From Azolla caroliniana (taxonomy: Eukaryota > Plantae > Polypodiophyta): DNA of 64,000 bases. Position numbers and translations under genes: made by a program. Numbering within the stretch: position 1 is the stretch's first letter; each line of letters starts with the position of its first letter. The stretch covers positions 20,832,001-20,896,000 of the forward strand of contig JBHGNT010000005.1 of the NCBI GenBank assembly GCA_043228905.1, in the 5' to 3' direction. The notes under the pieces are model-generated. The model was not told where the DNA came from. It worked only from the letters and a program-made list of their open reading frames with translations, and did not search any database. Below are positions 19,428-35,210 of this stretch, piece by piece.

Positions 19428-22365
19428 CTAGTATGGGGGTAACTCGAGGCTATCCACAATGTTGCTCGGAAGAAAATACATACAAATAGGTGGCTCCTTC
19501 TTTGCCAAAGCAAGAACAGCTGATACCATTGTCCATATCCCATCACCACATATCAAACCCGAGGCTACTGCCGGAACCAACAATTTCGCCTTTACCTTAT
19601 TCACTTGTTGCCATACAAAGACAATAACTGTGCCGATAAACATGTCGATTGCAAAGTAGGGACCAATGTAGAAAGGTATGGCCATGGCCATTGGAATGGG
19701 TATGTAGGGAGCCCATTTTGCCAATGGCTTATCTCTGAGGAAGTTCACAACTATAGCTAGACAAAAGAAAGCATAGCAGATGTCTAGACAATGTTTGGGT
19801 AGGGCACCGAACCCTTGTGTGCCTATGATAGCCATCTCTCTAAAGATGAGGGCATAAGGAGCTTTATATTCTCCATTCTCATTTCCAATATCAAATGCTT
19901 CCCAAAACAACCAAAAGGTTAGAGGTGCAATGATGCACCCCATGAAAGTGCCCACAATTTGGCTAATAAACATAGACCTAGGGGAAGATAGTGTCAAGTA
20001 GCCTGTCTTGAAATCTTGCATTAGGTCAGCAGAGCATGCAACAATTATCATCATAACTCCACATGAGACTAGGCCAACTAGTACACCTCCATTTGAACCA
20101 GCCCACGCCGAGAAGATGAAGAGACCAAGTTTCCCATATGTTGATGCTAAGCTCCAGTCAGTGAGCCCACACCCGTACGCATTGCAAAACCCAAGAATCG
20201 GTGCCACACAATAACTTAGAAACACATAGTACCACTTCATTGGCGCAAATAGTTGTGGTATGACCCCAGTGGAAATTGCAGCTAATGCCAGGTAGCCTCC
20301 AATCGCAACTTTGATAGATATTCTGTCCTTCATGAATAAGGCATTCCTTCTCTCCTCATCGTATGAAACCACCGGCATAGAAACTAACCACCATATTTTG
20401 ATGGGGTAAGACTGATGTTAACTACAATATGATCAATACAAAAAAAAGTATAGCATTAACGTTACCATTGTTTATTGGGAGAGGGTTTTTCCAGTTCTTA
20501 TGCAAGGACCACAATGTTATGGCTGTAATCTTCACAAAGTTGTAAAGGCCATCCCCCAAAATAAGAGCAATTGCAACAAATACCTGCCAACAAAAAATGC
20601 AATGTAAGCTATAAAACGAAAACATGTGAACATATAACTAGATTAATGTCTCACCCCATACCTTATAGCCATAAAGACCTTTGAGATCTGAATGTCCTAG
20701 GCCAGCTGGGTACCAATCACCGGCTTTGTTTCCTATAAGGGGCCACATAAGACCCCATGAAATAATACCCCCAAGGAGCAACGAAACATTGACTAGGTGA
20801 GGACATATCATCCCGGCACCAACATAAGTTAAGCTAAAGTCGAAGTAGAATCTGATCATTTAATTTACATGATAAAAATAAGCATGTTTAGGCATCGATA
20901 AAAAAACAGCAACAAAGGTTGGTTACATGTAGGCAAGTAGACAAATATTAGTTAGTAAACTAACTTGTTTGCATAGGCCTTCAACCCCAAAGATGGAAAG
21001 CTGTCAAATCCACATGAATCTTGAAGTCCACTGAAAAACCACTTAAAGAAGCTGAAAAAGAGGCTGAATGCAAAGTATTTCCCCAAACAATAAATTTGTT
21101 TCCTGCAAAAAACACACAAATGTTATAATCAGTTACATTCATAGTTAGATTTGCATGCATTACACATGAAGTGGATAAATTTGCAATTTTACAACGAACT
21201 GGCACCTAGAATTAGAGCATTATTATAAAGATTCATATGGATTTGATGGTGATGGCATATGCATGCCTCGGAATGAGAAGCTTACATTGCATCTTTGATT
21301 CCATGAGGTGTATGAAAACTGTTAATAAGGACAGCGGTTGCAGTACCACTAGGGTAAGTCAACTTATAATCAATAATCATGATCTGCGAACATAATAAAA
21401 ACTTTGCATTAGAATTGTGTGTATTATTTGTATTTCAATCACAAAATGAAATCTAGTGTAAATATGGAACTTTTTTCTTACCTTGCGAAGAGGAACGACA
21501 GCAAAAAGGCCAAGGAACCCAACTACAAACATGTATGGGATGATCCAACTAAGCGTTGGATCCTTAACATTTGATCGATTATCATTGGGACTATTCACTT
21601 GATTGTAAGTTTTTGAGTCCATGCCTGTCAAGTAGCTACCGAAGCCACCTACACCATGATAAAGTGAAGCATTAAAATCCAGAAACTAATACACTCTATA
21701 TGAACCAAATTCGTGTGTATAAATCTTTTTAAGGCACATTATTAACCAGCTCAAGTCTTTTAAATGTAGCAAATAATTAGGACACTAAGTAAGTACTTCC
21801 AATGAATATTAGTACTTAAGTGTGCACTTATCAGAATGATCAATATTAATATAGTACAACTAAAGAAATCCTTATGAAAGAAGAGTGTGAAATCGTTACC
21901 ACTAAAAGCAAGACCATAGCAAGCAACGACGCATGTCTGGATGACAGTATTCTCTTGCCGAGTGAAGGGCTTATGTGAAATACCCAATTTCCCGAGAATA
22001 GTGGTATATAACTTGACAAAGAAGAAGCCAAGCAACCCGGCTGAGATGTTGAGCGATGGGATAACACCGGTAGTTAAGCTAAGTTTGAGCGTGATAACCG
22101 AGAAGAGGAAACCGAGGACAAGGCTCACTACTATTCCTCGGATGGTTATTTGGGCCCACCATGACGGCACAGCTGAAGACGCGAATACTTCCTCTACCGA
22201 GAACTCAACCTTCTCCTTCTGATCTTTGTTTTCTATACTTTTGTCTTTAATGCTATGTTTTTCCTTGCCATCAATATCCAAGTCTTGTATGGATTCATTG
22301 CCTGTGAAGTTGTGTGGGAAAGCATGTACATCCTTTGTATGAGAACCATCCACTTCTAAACCCAT
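19428..22365 (-). CDS. YSL: Yellow Stripe-Like (OPT family) metal-nicotianamine transporter, 7 coding exons
   Basis: [102 protein letters not shown]; GT-AG junctions in frame. Confidence 0.95.
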
Positions 22366-23271
22366 GTCTTCTTCTTCTTCTTTCTTTTTTCTTCTTCTTT
22401 CTTCTTAACTGATATCTGCAAAATTATCATCCCACATTTAGCGATCATTTTTCCACCTGTCATGATTGACACAACTATCTTCTGTATACGGTAGATCTAC
22501 AAACATTTATAGTGGTGTGGCCATATTAAGAATCCAATACTAGCTTCAGAGCTTACAATAATTCATTGATGAAGTTGTTTAACAGATCAGCTTCATACAT
22601 TCATACATACATATCTTATATTCTCAGATTAGATATTGTACTCATCATTGCTCATATTCACTATTTAAGAAACACTCTGCACTTTAATCTATGAGATGCA
22701 CTATTCTTTACACTTAACCTCGTCATCATCTAAGAGACACTCTGTATTTTAATCTATGAGATACAGTGTAGTCACTCTTTATTCGTTACTCATCATCATC
22801 TGTGAGACAGTATCTCCTTTAATCTATGAGATACAATGTCGTTACTCTCTGCTCTTATTCATCAGCATCATCATTTTGGATGAAATCTTGAATTTAGAGA
22901 AAACATTCCTGCACTAGCACACATGCTCACATACACACACAAACAAACACAAACAACCAAACATACATACATACATTCATACCTTAAGTTCTCAGATCAG
23001 ATTATTGCACTACAACTATGTTTCTCAATCTATGAGAATCTCTGTTCTTTCATCAATGAGGTACTCTGTTCTTTACTCATTGCTCATATGTATTCCTTCT
23101 CTTCATCATCATTTGTGAGACATACTATGTTTATCAATCTATGAGAAACTCTGTTATTTCATCAATGAGATACTCTGTTCTTTACTCTTTGTTCATCATC
23201 ATCATATCATCATCATCATCATCATCATCAATGAGACATACTCTGTTCTTTGATCCTATGAGGCAAGGCTA

Positions 23272-24026
23272 TGTAATAATGTATGTATGGTATAGCTTTA
23301 GAGGGAAAAACATGGGGCTCCTCCTCTAGGGACACACTTTAATAAAGGCTTAATTCAATGATTAAAGTGACACTATCCATACCCATTCACATGTGGGGCT
23401 ACCCTACTTTAAACAAGTTTGACCTTCGACATCCCGCTTGGCAGGCACAACACACGTAGATTCACACCTCTGTCGTCACGACTCACATCCCATCCATCCC
23501 CAGGGGCATTGGTAAAGCAGATAAGATTCGCAGTCACCACCTGCCAATCTTGACCCAATGGCCTGGTCCAAACTGCCCCACTACAAATCGGTTATGTGGT
23601 GAGCTAGAAAAACAATACCTCAAACTCTGCCAGATTCATTTTTTGGCTTCAAGAAGGCTCGAAATGTGAAATGATTTATATGTGATCACACTGAAAGTTG
23701 ACTTCAAGGCACAAGTAGATAAGATAGCCTTGGTTCGAAGTTCGAACCACCACCCCTCATTTATTGTGGTAAGCCGAAACAATGTGGACAAAGCCGTGCA
23801 CGTTCGCTTGAGTTTGATTCGAATGTGCCGCAATCTCGTGTGCTCTCCGCTTCATTGTTTGATTTTCTCAACTCTCTTTTTCTTCTTTGACGTTTTCTCT
23901 ATCATAACTTTACATGACCTTAACTCTCCTCCTGGCCATTTGATCTATAATCATCCCTTCATGCCCTAGTTTTATACGTTGTGTTCACACAAGGGGGGTT
24001 CCCTACACTCCAATAGTGATGTTACA
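23272..24026. repeat. Possible decayed LTR
   Basis: TGTAA...TTACA termini and LTR-like composition, but no matching TSD. Confidence 0.3.
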
Positions 24027-25770
24027 TGTTGATCCTACACACATGTAATTGTGTCTCATGATTGAAGCATCATACTACTCTAGTTTTGACTCCTCAATTT
24101 TCTACGTGACTTGAAATGTGCATGTTTGTTTCTACAATTGATTCACATGTGCTTTGATTGTCTTTAATCTATTGATAGTGATTTACAGCATTCTTGTGGT
24201 CGTAACATAAGAACGGAATAATTTTTTGGAGCATTGTGTACCAGATTATTCGTTTGTGTGGACATCATTATTTTTTATCTCCCATATGCCTTCTTTTTCT
24301 CAAGAGAGATAGAATGCAATGATAAGGAGGAGGAAACAATGACGAATGACATGATAAGAAATCATGTGAACCTTGAGAAATAATAAAAAAGACGTACACG
24401 AAATCAAGGGAAAAAGCTATGCAAGAAGATTTAATATATCAATACATATATCCTTAAATCTTTCCATTGACTAAACGCTCCCATAACTTTTGAGTTGGAA
24501 AAAAATTCGCAACTTTCAATGGGTAACAAATCATCATTATCAACATCTTCGAGAAGCCTTCATTTTATCCATCCAATACACTCCTAGATAATTATTCTTT
24601 TCTAGACCTGTTGCATTATTCAGCTTCTCGTGTATCATTCATGTGGGATACTTAATATTTGGGTTGGTTCTAAAAATCTACCCTAATTCTCTTACATAAT
24701 ATTAAGCACCTTTTAAGTCCAATGAAATACGTGCTCCTTTAGTCATCCTAAATTAGTTTAAACTAGAAAGATTGCAATGTTATTCAATACAACATGACTT
24801 TGCTATAAAGGTTTCAACATCTTCAACATTTGTATCTTTAGTATATCGTTGGTTCAAGCTACTACGTTATCATAGAAACTAAACTACAATACTCCAGATG
24901 AAACTTGTGATTGCTTTAATGACACCTACCACCAAAGTATATTCTCTATTAGAAGTCCATATTTAGCACTATCCGTAATAAGGAAATCAACAGAAACTTG
25001 GAATTTGGTGCCAAAAGACAATTTTTTTCTTAGTGTTCAACTTGTCTCTTTCTTTGATTGTTGCTTTCTTTTCTTTTCTCAATGGAAGTGGATGTCACTT
25101 TCTTCCATATGTTAAGGGCAAAGTTCTTCCATGAATGTGAAAGCAATGCATAAGTCAAACTTTTGCATTTCCTACAACCTTGCCCAAAAGTGTTGACTAT
25201 TCAACTACTTTAGGTTTAAGTGCAAGACAATCAACTTATCAAATAGTAACTTGAAGTAAATGTTACTCAATTCAAGTTAAATCAAATGAATTATAAAAGA
25301 AACTTGTATTTGCTTTTCCTAACCGAAGAACGACAAACACCTTTCATCCTAATATTTTTATTTATTCATTTAAAGTAATATTGCATTACACATATGAACA
25401 GTTGAGAGTTCATTGGTAGCATTAAATAATGGATGGTGCTTTTACACAACTACAGTTCTGAAGATAAATAGATCAATATAACCAAGATTGATTGTATATC
25501 TCCAATGAGAATTATAAGCATGTATATGCCTCCAACCATTTACTCTTGAGAAAGTTCACATTTTCAAAAAAGGTGATGAGAAAGAAGTTACAAGCTAAAC
25601 AAAATAGTACCAAGTTAAATTAGGTGTACATTCAAGTCAAGATTGTCTCTCATTAGCATTTGCGTGTGCCCTTCACATCATATTTATTTGCCTACCTTTT
25701 CAAATATTTGAAATATATACATGTGTTTAGGTCTAATGTTCACCAAAAACCCACCAATCTTTTGTACACT

Positions 25771-26138
25771 TGTCCCCAAAATAATCAATGGGTTTAAAAT
25801 TATTAATAAACAATAGTAATAAAACCATCAGAAAATAATGAATATTTACAAAATATGTTCAACTGACTTAATTTCAAGCAAAGTATCAAAATGTGCCACT
25901 TTTTGAAGACAGGTATCAAACAATTGTAGACAATAATTTTAAACCCAATGATAAATTTGGGGACAATCTTTTGTAAAGTTGTCCCCAAAATAATCAATGG
26001 GTTTAAAATGATTAATAAACAATAGTAATAAAACCATCAGAAAATAATGAATATTTACAAAATATGTTCAACTGACTTAATTTCAAGCAAAGTATCAAAA
26101 TGTGCCACATTTTGAAGACAGGTATCAGACAATTGTAA
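25771..26138 (+). repeat. Tandem duplication with ~210-bp period
   Basis: TGTCCCCAAAATAATCAATGGG...CAATTGTA at ~25771 and ~25980. Confidence 0.9.
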
Positions 26139-26525
26139 CAAACTCTGATGGGCAGTACCAATATTACCCCTAATGTGATGCACGATATTGATGTCCATAT
26201 TTTATAACTAGTGGTGGTTAAAAGCTTATGGAGGATGTTGAAGCTGTGGAGAGATGTTTGTTTCGGAATTGAGTAGAAACTCAAGGCAACATCTTGGAGC
26301 AAGTTCCATTGGACAACCATTCATGTCAAAACGTGAACAGCATACACAAATTGACATCAAGCTGTTTTTTTACCAATCTTTCAACGCCACGTTAACAAGC
26401 ACGATCTCTAGATTTTGCAAAACTTCCATAGAAATTGAATTTGTATGATCAGCACCCCAGTTTTAATTATGGGGGATGGATAAATCATAACACTCACTAG
26501 CACTATCAATTAATCCAATCAAATG

Positions 26526-29500
26526 TTAATAATGGGGCTCACTAACAGCTTCGCCAATGAAAATGCTCCCGGATTCACACCACCCAGCTATTACATCAGA
26601 ATTCATACTCTAGAAAAACATGGAAGCACAAATATGTTAGTGAGAACCAGTAAGACATCTTCCAATGTATTACATAATACATACATACACTACACATCCA
26701 CATACTTTACTCAGTCCAAGCCATCTAGAATCACCGCGGAATGCAAATTGCCGCCGATCGTCATTGGCTATGTTACTGGTCCAAATCCCAGAAACCACCT
26801 ATCCAAAATAATGTCATGCTTAAGAGTGTGAAACCACACACCTTGCTTCCAATTTTAAAATCCTTACTTCATAATCCAGTCCATGCAAATACAGAACCAG
26901 TGGATTGATGTCTGAAAAGGCCATTCCCGTGACCTGGGCGAAAGGGATTAATATCAGCATGACAGTCCATTGTAAGTTTACTAGTTACACTACACCCCAA
27001 AAGAGAAATCCCTCTTGTAGACTTATGCACATACTTCATATTTCAAACAGCCTGTCCATCTGGATATAGCTGTCCACCTGGCAACACTCAGAATTCAGCT
27101 CTTGTTGATCTGAAATCTCTTAGGCTGGAATTGTGATGTGAGGACAAAGCATTTCAAAAACAGAGGATTGCATTTTTTTATGTTGCTTTCTATACCAACG
27201 GTCCTTACAAAAACAAAGGCGTTCAGTTTTACATAATTTACATTCAATCCTTTCAAAAAACAGAAAGTATTCATTTTATACATACTTTCTTTTTTTCATT
27301 TTAAACTTACTTTCTCCGGTCAAAGACCACAGCAGAACGGTCAGCTCCACCGGTGGCAACCATTTGGCCATCAGAAGAAGTGCAGACAGCATACAATGGC
27401 TCCATTGTTGAGGAACCCAAAACTCGCTGCACACACCCACCATTCTCAGCGGCTCTCACATCCCAGATACTAATCTGTATCACCAATAAATAATTATTTG
27501 TTTAGAACTAACATTTGAGAATTTCATATACCCTAAAACTTTTGAGATTTGTTTTCAGTACAACACATTTGAGATTTTAAAGCAAGTGCAAAAGTAAAGT
27601 TTTGCATAGATGTGATTGAGTATTTTGAGAAATCTTTGCATTAGACTCACTTCAGGACCTTCGGTGATGGCTAATACTGAAGATGACCCATCTACAGACG
27701 CTTGTTTACCTAGGAAGCTAATTGCAGTAGGAATTCGAAGCCTGTAATAAGGGTACAGTGTGAATACTTAAAAAAGGGTTCACCATGAAAGATTTCCCTT
27801 CAAACAATCATTCAGATGCAAGAAAAACTCAAAGATGGTTATTTACGTGCGCATTGTCCGTATATGCATGTCCTGATCATAGAAGTCAATGCTCTTGGCA
27901 AAGCTGCGTGCAACTGCTATCTATGCTAAAGCAAATGTTTGCCCAAGGTTAAATAACAAAGAGAATTCATATCAGGCCACAGTAATTCAAACATTTTATC
28001 AATCACATTAGGTCAACGCAGTAAAAGAAAAAAGGACCAACTTATTAAAATGATGTGGGTATTACTGCTCATATGATATTTAGATATGTCCTTAGTTTTC
28101 CATTTGTGAAATTTGAGACATGAGAAAGACATACCAGGTAAGGTTGTCCAGGAACAAATGCAAGCCCTGCCCAACTTCCATCACCTACACTGGCATCCTC
28201 AGGACAAGCGGTGAATGTAGACCCTGCAGACACCTCTGATACAGAGGTATAGTTCAGACTTTCAAACCACGCAAACGTCATATATACGAGGCATCTATAT
28301 ACATTTTTATATACAGATATAAGTATATACATAGAGTATCATATTTGTATATACACACCCACACATATGCATAAATATCAGTAGAGGCTAATTTTGTATA
28401 TATCGATATATACATGGTGTATGTATACAGGCATGCATACATATGGGTGGGTTTATATAATTGTATATATGTACATACATATATAAATCTACATACAAGA
28501 ATATGTACGTATACATATGTTTATATCCATATAACAGAATTTATAACATATTTTCAGCAACCGAATACCATTCAACTCAGAGTATTATTACCTTTCCCCT
28601 TTGTTACCATACGGGAAACAACAATTCTGCCATATGAATCTGCTGTGCCAAGAAAAGTGCTCAAATCATCTGCAAAACACCTTGCAAAATAATGCATCAA
28701 AAGGAAAGCTCACTGTACAGTAGTCAAAACCAGGTAAAAAACAAGCATATCACACAAAGATATGAAACATTCCAATGATTGATTTCAGGTTTTGCACTTA
28801 CAACTCGGCTCTGAGATAGATACTGATTGGATTTCTGACCGATGCTGAGAGAGCGAAATTTTATTGACTTCCGAAATCTGCATTTCCGACATTAAAGTTA
28901 CTATAAAGCATATAAACATATCATAACCGTAAATATATACAAGAAAAAAATAAACAAATGAGACATGTAAAACAACCTGTAAATCTGTAGGTATTGTAAG
29001 GCAGTCTTTTCCTCTAACCACATCTTCACTTTCCAGCAATAACTGCACCAAGAAGGAAGAAAGACAACATGATAAAAACAAGTAAAATAATCTATCAACT
29101 TTCCATCTATCTTGGATAGTGTCAGAAGAGAGAAAGAAAGCACCTACCAATAATTAGCTCCTATCATGTTCCAACCATTTTCTTCATGCAAGGACCTAAG
29201 ATTGAAACGAGCTAATTGGATAATTTTTCAAACTAGCTTCAGAGAAACTTACGACAATATTTCATGTTATTTATGCCTGAGATATGCAATTCATATGGAT
29301 CCTTTTATATTTGTGCTCTATCATCTTATCCTATAATCATTCATCCTTCAATATATGCTATACAGTTCATCTTGTCTCTTATTTTGTAGGGAACCTTCTA
29401 AATATAATACCTCACCGAAGAATTGTTAATGTACAAGTACACAGTAGCATCTCGTCTCATTCAACTATTTGATTATAATTACAAATCATCCATATTTATT

Positions 29501-31895
29501 ATTTAGCAATGGATTTGACCAGATGCATATAATTTTTTGCATGACAATAGAAGAATTGCTTAACCTTCGAATGTTCATATTCCCTATGGACAAGTCTTCC
29601 AACATGCATGTAACAAACAAATAATAGTTTTTCATGATCATCATTATAATCTGGGCAGATAATTTCAGTATCTAATTTGCCCAAAATTCAATATGATACA
29701 AAAAAAACCCAAAGTACAGTAGAATATACCAACACTTATTTCCCTAGAGATTGCTACTTTCATAAGTATTTCTTTATTTCATTAATTAAAAATCAACAAT
29801 ACATATCTGAAGAATACTGGACAACTAGTTCATAACAGTCACGACTGAAAGAGCTTTGTGATTGAAGAAGTTTTTAAAAAAACTGATGCACTTTTCTCAG
29901 CCTTCTAAGAAATGTTATGGGCACAAACTAGTTTCAACTTTTCATATCTTGCCTTTCTATAACGATTTCAGCATCTTGGCTACATCTTTCCATTTATAAC
30001 CAAGATGACGCAACATATTTTTGATATTCTAAATGTTTCAAGTGCTTTTCTTTGTGCATGAAGCTATGTATTTTTTTCCTTTGTGTTGCACAATTTTTTC
30101 CTCCCTAGGAACTACAAGCATTCATTTTGATGTTATTGTGACTCATACCATAGTAGGATAAACACCGAGAAGCAAAGGAGTCTTAGTCCTTGACAAGTTT
30201 TATACGATAACAAAAATGATGTGCAACATTCTTGATAATGATTGTATATTAAAATCAAGATGAATTTTATGTGGGGAAAAAGGGGGGTAGAGTTCAGAAT
30301 TTTATTGGAGCTAAATGGTATTTTGGTAACAGCTCAATCTTTAACTTTAAATTGTATTGTAATAGCTTATTATTGATGATGGTTGTATATTGTCTCATGA
30401 ATCATTAGCCATTCTTTGAATGAATCGAACGGTCACTACTTAACCTTCAAATTTTACCACACTTATTTTGACAAAACTATGCTACTCTCGTTCCGGATCA
30501 TGTTAAAAACATTTGAAAACCCTTTATACTCTTTTTTAAAGACCAGTCACTCTTCTAAGGACTCGTTGTGAGCTTGACTAGAACCCCCACATCTTACCCT
30601 CAGTCTATTCTAGTGCTGCATAGATATAGGAGTCCAGAATGCATCTCCCTCTCTCTTTCCCTCTCTAAAAGTTTCATTTGAAAACTGAGAGAGAGAAACT
30701 AAACTCAAATAAAAAGGAGCCAAATAGTTCAACATTTATGTATGCGTGCGATGATTTGAAATAGCTGTAGAGTATATACATAAACGTGTTCAGGACTTTT
30801 GAAAAATGATAATACTTGGCAATAAATATGAAAGAGCTGACCGATTACCTTCACTTGATATGTTGAGGTTCCAGATGCAATATATACACAGCATAATTTA
30901 TCATCAAAAACCTGTAAACGAACAGGATATTGTTCCTATTTTAATAAATAGAATTAATATTATCTTAGCTACATGGTTAAATTTTCAGGAGTGTTTGCAT
31001 CTACCCAAAATTTTCTGGAATTTACAACTATATATGATTCATCACAACATGAAGATATAGAAACAATAACGCCTTTCCATCATTGATTTGTGGAAAACAC
31101 CCTTCCAAAACATAGCAAACCTCTATGAATCACAATATATCATCCATTGCAACCAACAAATAAAGAATTCATAATATTCTTCTAAGCTATGATTCGTTGC
31201 AACTGAACTTCAAAACGTTAATACACCACTACGATGCATAATCACTCCATAGGTATGACTTGTTAAAACCTAATTTCTGCATAAATTGATCCCTAATGTG
31301 TCCTAGGGTTACAATTCCTCACAACCTAACTTCTTTGCAATTATCACTATTCTTTATCTCACTTAGCAATTCAGCTTAAACAATACTCTTTGTAATGTTA
31401 AATTGATATCATCCTAATGTTGTGAAGTCTGCAGCATTCGCCAAGACATCATTAAAATTGACCGAGTATACAATCTTGCAGCAAAGCTGTAAGCTCTATT
31501 TAGAAGAGAATGCATTCTCTCTCTCATAGGTTGTAATTGGTCTCCTGTGGACACTAAAAAGATAACTATCTATCTCTGATACCACATTTCCATTTCATCT
31601 ATCTCCTTTCTTATGATCTCTCTTGCTCTAACCCACTCTCTCTCCCCCTCTTAGTACGATACCACATTTCCATTTCCTTTCTCTCACTCTCTGATACCAC
31701 ATTCCAGTTCATCATCTCTCTCTCATACCACATTTCAATTTCAATTTCTCTCTCAGAGAGGGAGAGTATATGTATATGTATGTCTATACTTACTTGGACA
31801 GCCAAGCGATTGGAGTTGAGAGCTGCAGGGGAAGGCTCAGAGATGCCAGCAGAAGCAGGTAAGTGACCACGCAGCAAACATCGTAATCTTACCAT
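26526..31895 (-). CDS. Conserved plant WD40/transducin-like protein (uncharacterised), ~13 exons
   Basis: Spliced reading: MVRLRCLLRG..SPAALNSNRLAVQ | VYIASG | HRSEIQS | ADSYGRIVVS | VGDGSWAGLAF | AVARSFAKSIDFYDQD | IWDVRAAENGGC..TGGADR | WTAISRW..KYE | FRGDSRWLG | AGWCESGSIF..HY*. Confidence 0.85.
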
Positions 31896-31929
31896 TTCTG
31901 TCTCTGGTGGGTGATTTTCAATTCAATGA

Positions 31930-32168
31930 GAGGCCTGTCTTACACACGCACATGTGCACAAATCTCTATCAATCTATCATTTTGGGCTTGTACCTCTCTC
32001 TGTCTCACTCTCTGTCTCTCTCCCTCTCTCTTGAGTGTAGCAACAACTATGATGATGATGATGATGACACGGGGCACACACACAATCTCTATCAATCTAT
32101 ACTTTTAGGCTTCTAGCTCTCTCTCTGTTTCACTCTCTCCCTCTCTTTCTCTCTTGATTGTAGGAACA

Positions 32169-32217
<49 letters not shown>

Positions 32218-32400
32218 CACACACAATGTCTGTCTGTCAATCTATCCTTTTGGGCTTGTAGAGCTCTCTCTCTCTCTCTCTCTCTTGATTGTAGCAACAA
32301 TGATGATGACAATGACATAGTTTGGGCCAATAGCTCTCTCTGTCTCCCTCTCGTGATTGATTGTAGCAACAATGATAAGGATGATGATGATTGGGCTCAC
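31930..32400. repeat. Degenerate tandem units with (GAT)n and (CT)n microsatellites upstream of the WD40 gene
   Basis: Repeated AATCTATC..GGGCTTGTA..TGTAGCAACAA..(GAT)n blocks. Confidence 0.8.
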
Positions 32401-32505
32401 CTTTAAACCCTAAATCCTTCTCTTTTCAAAGCTCTGCTGTTGGGGATAAGGTGTGCTCTGCGCTGCACCAGGCTTGGATTCAACACATGAGAGAGAGAGA
32501 GAGAG

Positions 32506-33205
32506 AGAGTTTTGGTTTATTGTAAACCCCAAACCGACTAAACCCAATCTCAAACTCTTTCTGTTTGTTTTGTTGGTTCTTTCCGTCTTGCTTTTTACAA
32601 CAAACTTTGGTACCCAGTAACAATCGGCAACGGTTCGGTTTACATCGAGCCGTGAAACCGTATCTTAGCGGCTTAACGGTTTGGTTCGTTCGGTTCAGGT
32701 TCAAGGTTTTGTAAACGGCTCGGTTTCAGTTCTGTTTGGTTTAGGAGTTTTACAACAAACTTTGGTACCGAGTAACAATCGGCAACGGTAAACCCTAAAC
32801 CGAATTGAACCATGAAACTATAGCTTAGCATCTCAACGGTTTGGTTCGGTTCAGGTTCAGGGTTTTTGTAAACAGCTCGGTTTCAATTCTGTTTGGTTTA
32901 GGGGTTTACCAATTCAATTCTAACCTTTATTGGTTTAAAATGTTTAGTTTTTAAATTTTTAAAATTAAATTGAGAAATTTTGAATTTTGACCTAACTTAA
33001 AAACCAAAAACCGAAATACGAAACCATGGATTTAATGGGCTAAAGGTTTGAAAGTTTCTAAAATCGTTTGGTTTAAGCTTGAATTTTTTGTAACAATTTC
33101 GGTTTTAACATTTTCGTGGTTCGGTTCAGTTTAAGTTTCAAAAATTTTAAATGGTTTGGTTTATAAACTATTTGAGTTTGATACTCTCAAACCGAACCAA
33201 ACCGT
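32506..33205. repeat. AAACCG/CGGTTT-rich repeat with an internal ~155-bp duplication; probable non-autonomous DNA transposon remnant
   Basis: Many AAACCG, GGTTCGGTT and GGTTTGGTT motifs in both orientations; termini not resolved. Confidence 0.5.
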
Positions 33206-35210
33206 TGTTGATAAGTTGGTATTTCACTTGTCTTTGGATCTTGCAAAGTCAGATCCTCCTTGAGGAATACTACATCGTTGTTTCTGATCACCTTTTTATT
33301 CAGTGAGTCATATAATTTGTAACCAAATTCGTCATGACCATATCCCAAGAATATACAAACACTCTTCAGTATGAAACATATTTCCTCATCCAATCTCTCT
33401 AGAATTTCATCATCGAAAGGAACTAACAGAGACAAGTTTATAAGATCGATTGGAGTCTCATTGCTTCATCGCAAAAGGGTTCAGGTAATTTAGAATGGAA
33501 CAACTCACTAATTGTTCTATTCATTCTTTTAGCCACACCAATTTTGCAAAGGTGTTTTTGGAACATTTATATCAAGCATAATACCATGATCGCGACAATA
33601 TTGCTGAAATGGACCTCAGTATTCGCCATCGTTATCTACACGAATACATTTCAACTTCCTTCTACCTTCTCTTTCAACACTTACATTAAAACTCTCAAAA
33701 TAACTTTATCTTTAAATTTCAATGCAAAGCACCGAAGTTTACTCTAGAAATTATCAATAAATGTAGCAAAATACAATGCACCACCAAGAGTTTTATCATT
33801 CTTATAACTCAATGTTATTTACCAGCCAAACAATCACACACAAGTTTCCAAATGCATACATGTTACCTTAGGAAAAATACTCTCCCTTGCTAGAACCTCT
33901 ATTCCTTTTTTACTCACGTGCCCAAGTCTCTTGTGTTATAATGAATAAAGACATTCATGTTAGCTACATTCACCTCTCCATTAGACACCATAGCGTGCAT
34001 AAGGTATAGAGGATTCAATTTCTAACATTTTGCAACAATTAGAGAGCCTTTGGTAAGCATTCATCTTCCTTCACCAATGTAATTTGAATAACCCTCATCA
34101 CTAAGTGGCCCTGTCAAAATGATATTCATTCCAACATCGAGAATATGCATCCTTCAATAAGAGTTTGCAACCTATGTCTGTCACCAAATTTCCATTCCTT
34201 ATGCCAACAACATTTCTTGTGCCCTAGTTGGCCATTTTGACTCTACCAAAGTTACCATGAGCATATAATATGAACATCTCCCAATACTGGGTAATATGAT
34301 ACGAGACTCTTGAGTTAATAATCCAATTAGTTTGTTGCCATGCTAAATTGACACAAGCATAATCACACACAAAGATCATTTCACCATCATGCATGGCATT
34401 GCATTATCCTTTTTATTGTTGTTAATGGTCTCATATTTTTTGTCTCTCTTCTTCTTTCAATAGTCTCTCTTGTAGTGATTTGTACTACAACAATATCAAC
34501 ATGAATAAACTTTCTTATTTTTTTAACTTAGATCGCCCACTAGAGTTAGTTTTATTATTTTGTGTGCCCCTGGTATTGCTTCTTCCTCTATTTGAGGTTG
34601 TTTCTATGACTATTGATTTATGCTCAAAGATGGAATCATGCTCCTTTTGTCTTGTTTTTTCATTGAACTGACTATAGACTTAAGTGTATCCAATGTCACG
34701 TTCCCAAGTGTCACTACAAGTGTTTCCCAATTGTATGGAAGAGAGCCTAACAAATAATAAAGCCAATATCTCATTTACTAAAAGTATGTCTAAAGAGACA
34801 TTTTGATAATAAAACCCCTGAAATACATTCAAGTGTTTTGCCATACTAGTGGCATGATGGTATCTCGATCTTACTATCTTTATGAATAGGGAAACTTTAT
34901 TCAAAGCGTTCTTCATTTCGAACATAGTCTCAATTATTTTCCACAACACATCCACTCTGGTTTCATCATCAAACTATTATGTAAACTCGTGTCAATTTTA
35001 AATGCATGATTTCTCAAGTCCATGCATCTACATTTTCTGGTTTTGTGATACCACATTGCACAAGAAACCACAATTCCGTACACGGGGATAAATCCCTCAT
35101 TTTGGACTTTCATATTGAGTAATTGGGTTTAGTCAACTTAATCATCCCACGGGAGGATTCATCCATATTCTAATCTTACGAAATATATGAGGATCAGTTC
35201 TAACATCATT
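33205..35210 (-). mobile_element. Heavily decayed, internally deleted Ty1/Copia element
   Basis: Gag start MIKLTKPNYSIWK (~35150), protease NWIINS (~34320), integrase pieces, and CIFLGYGHDEFGYKLYD..VIRNNDVVF (33187-33435). Confidence 0.8.

Noticed and set aside
24300-25250. Possible decayed Gypsy gag/protease remnant on the minus strand (FQVSVDFLITDS..Y.LLI)
   Set aside because: Too degenerate to set boundaries or family.
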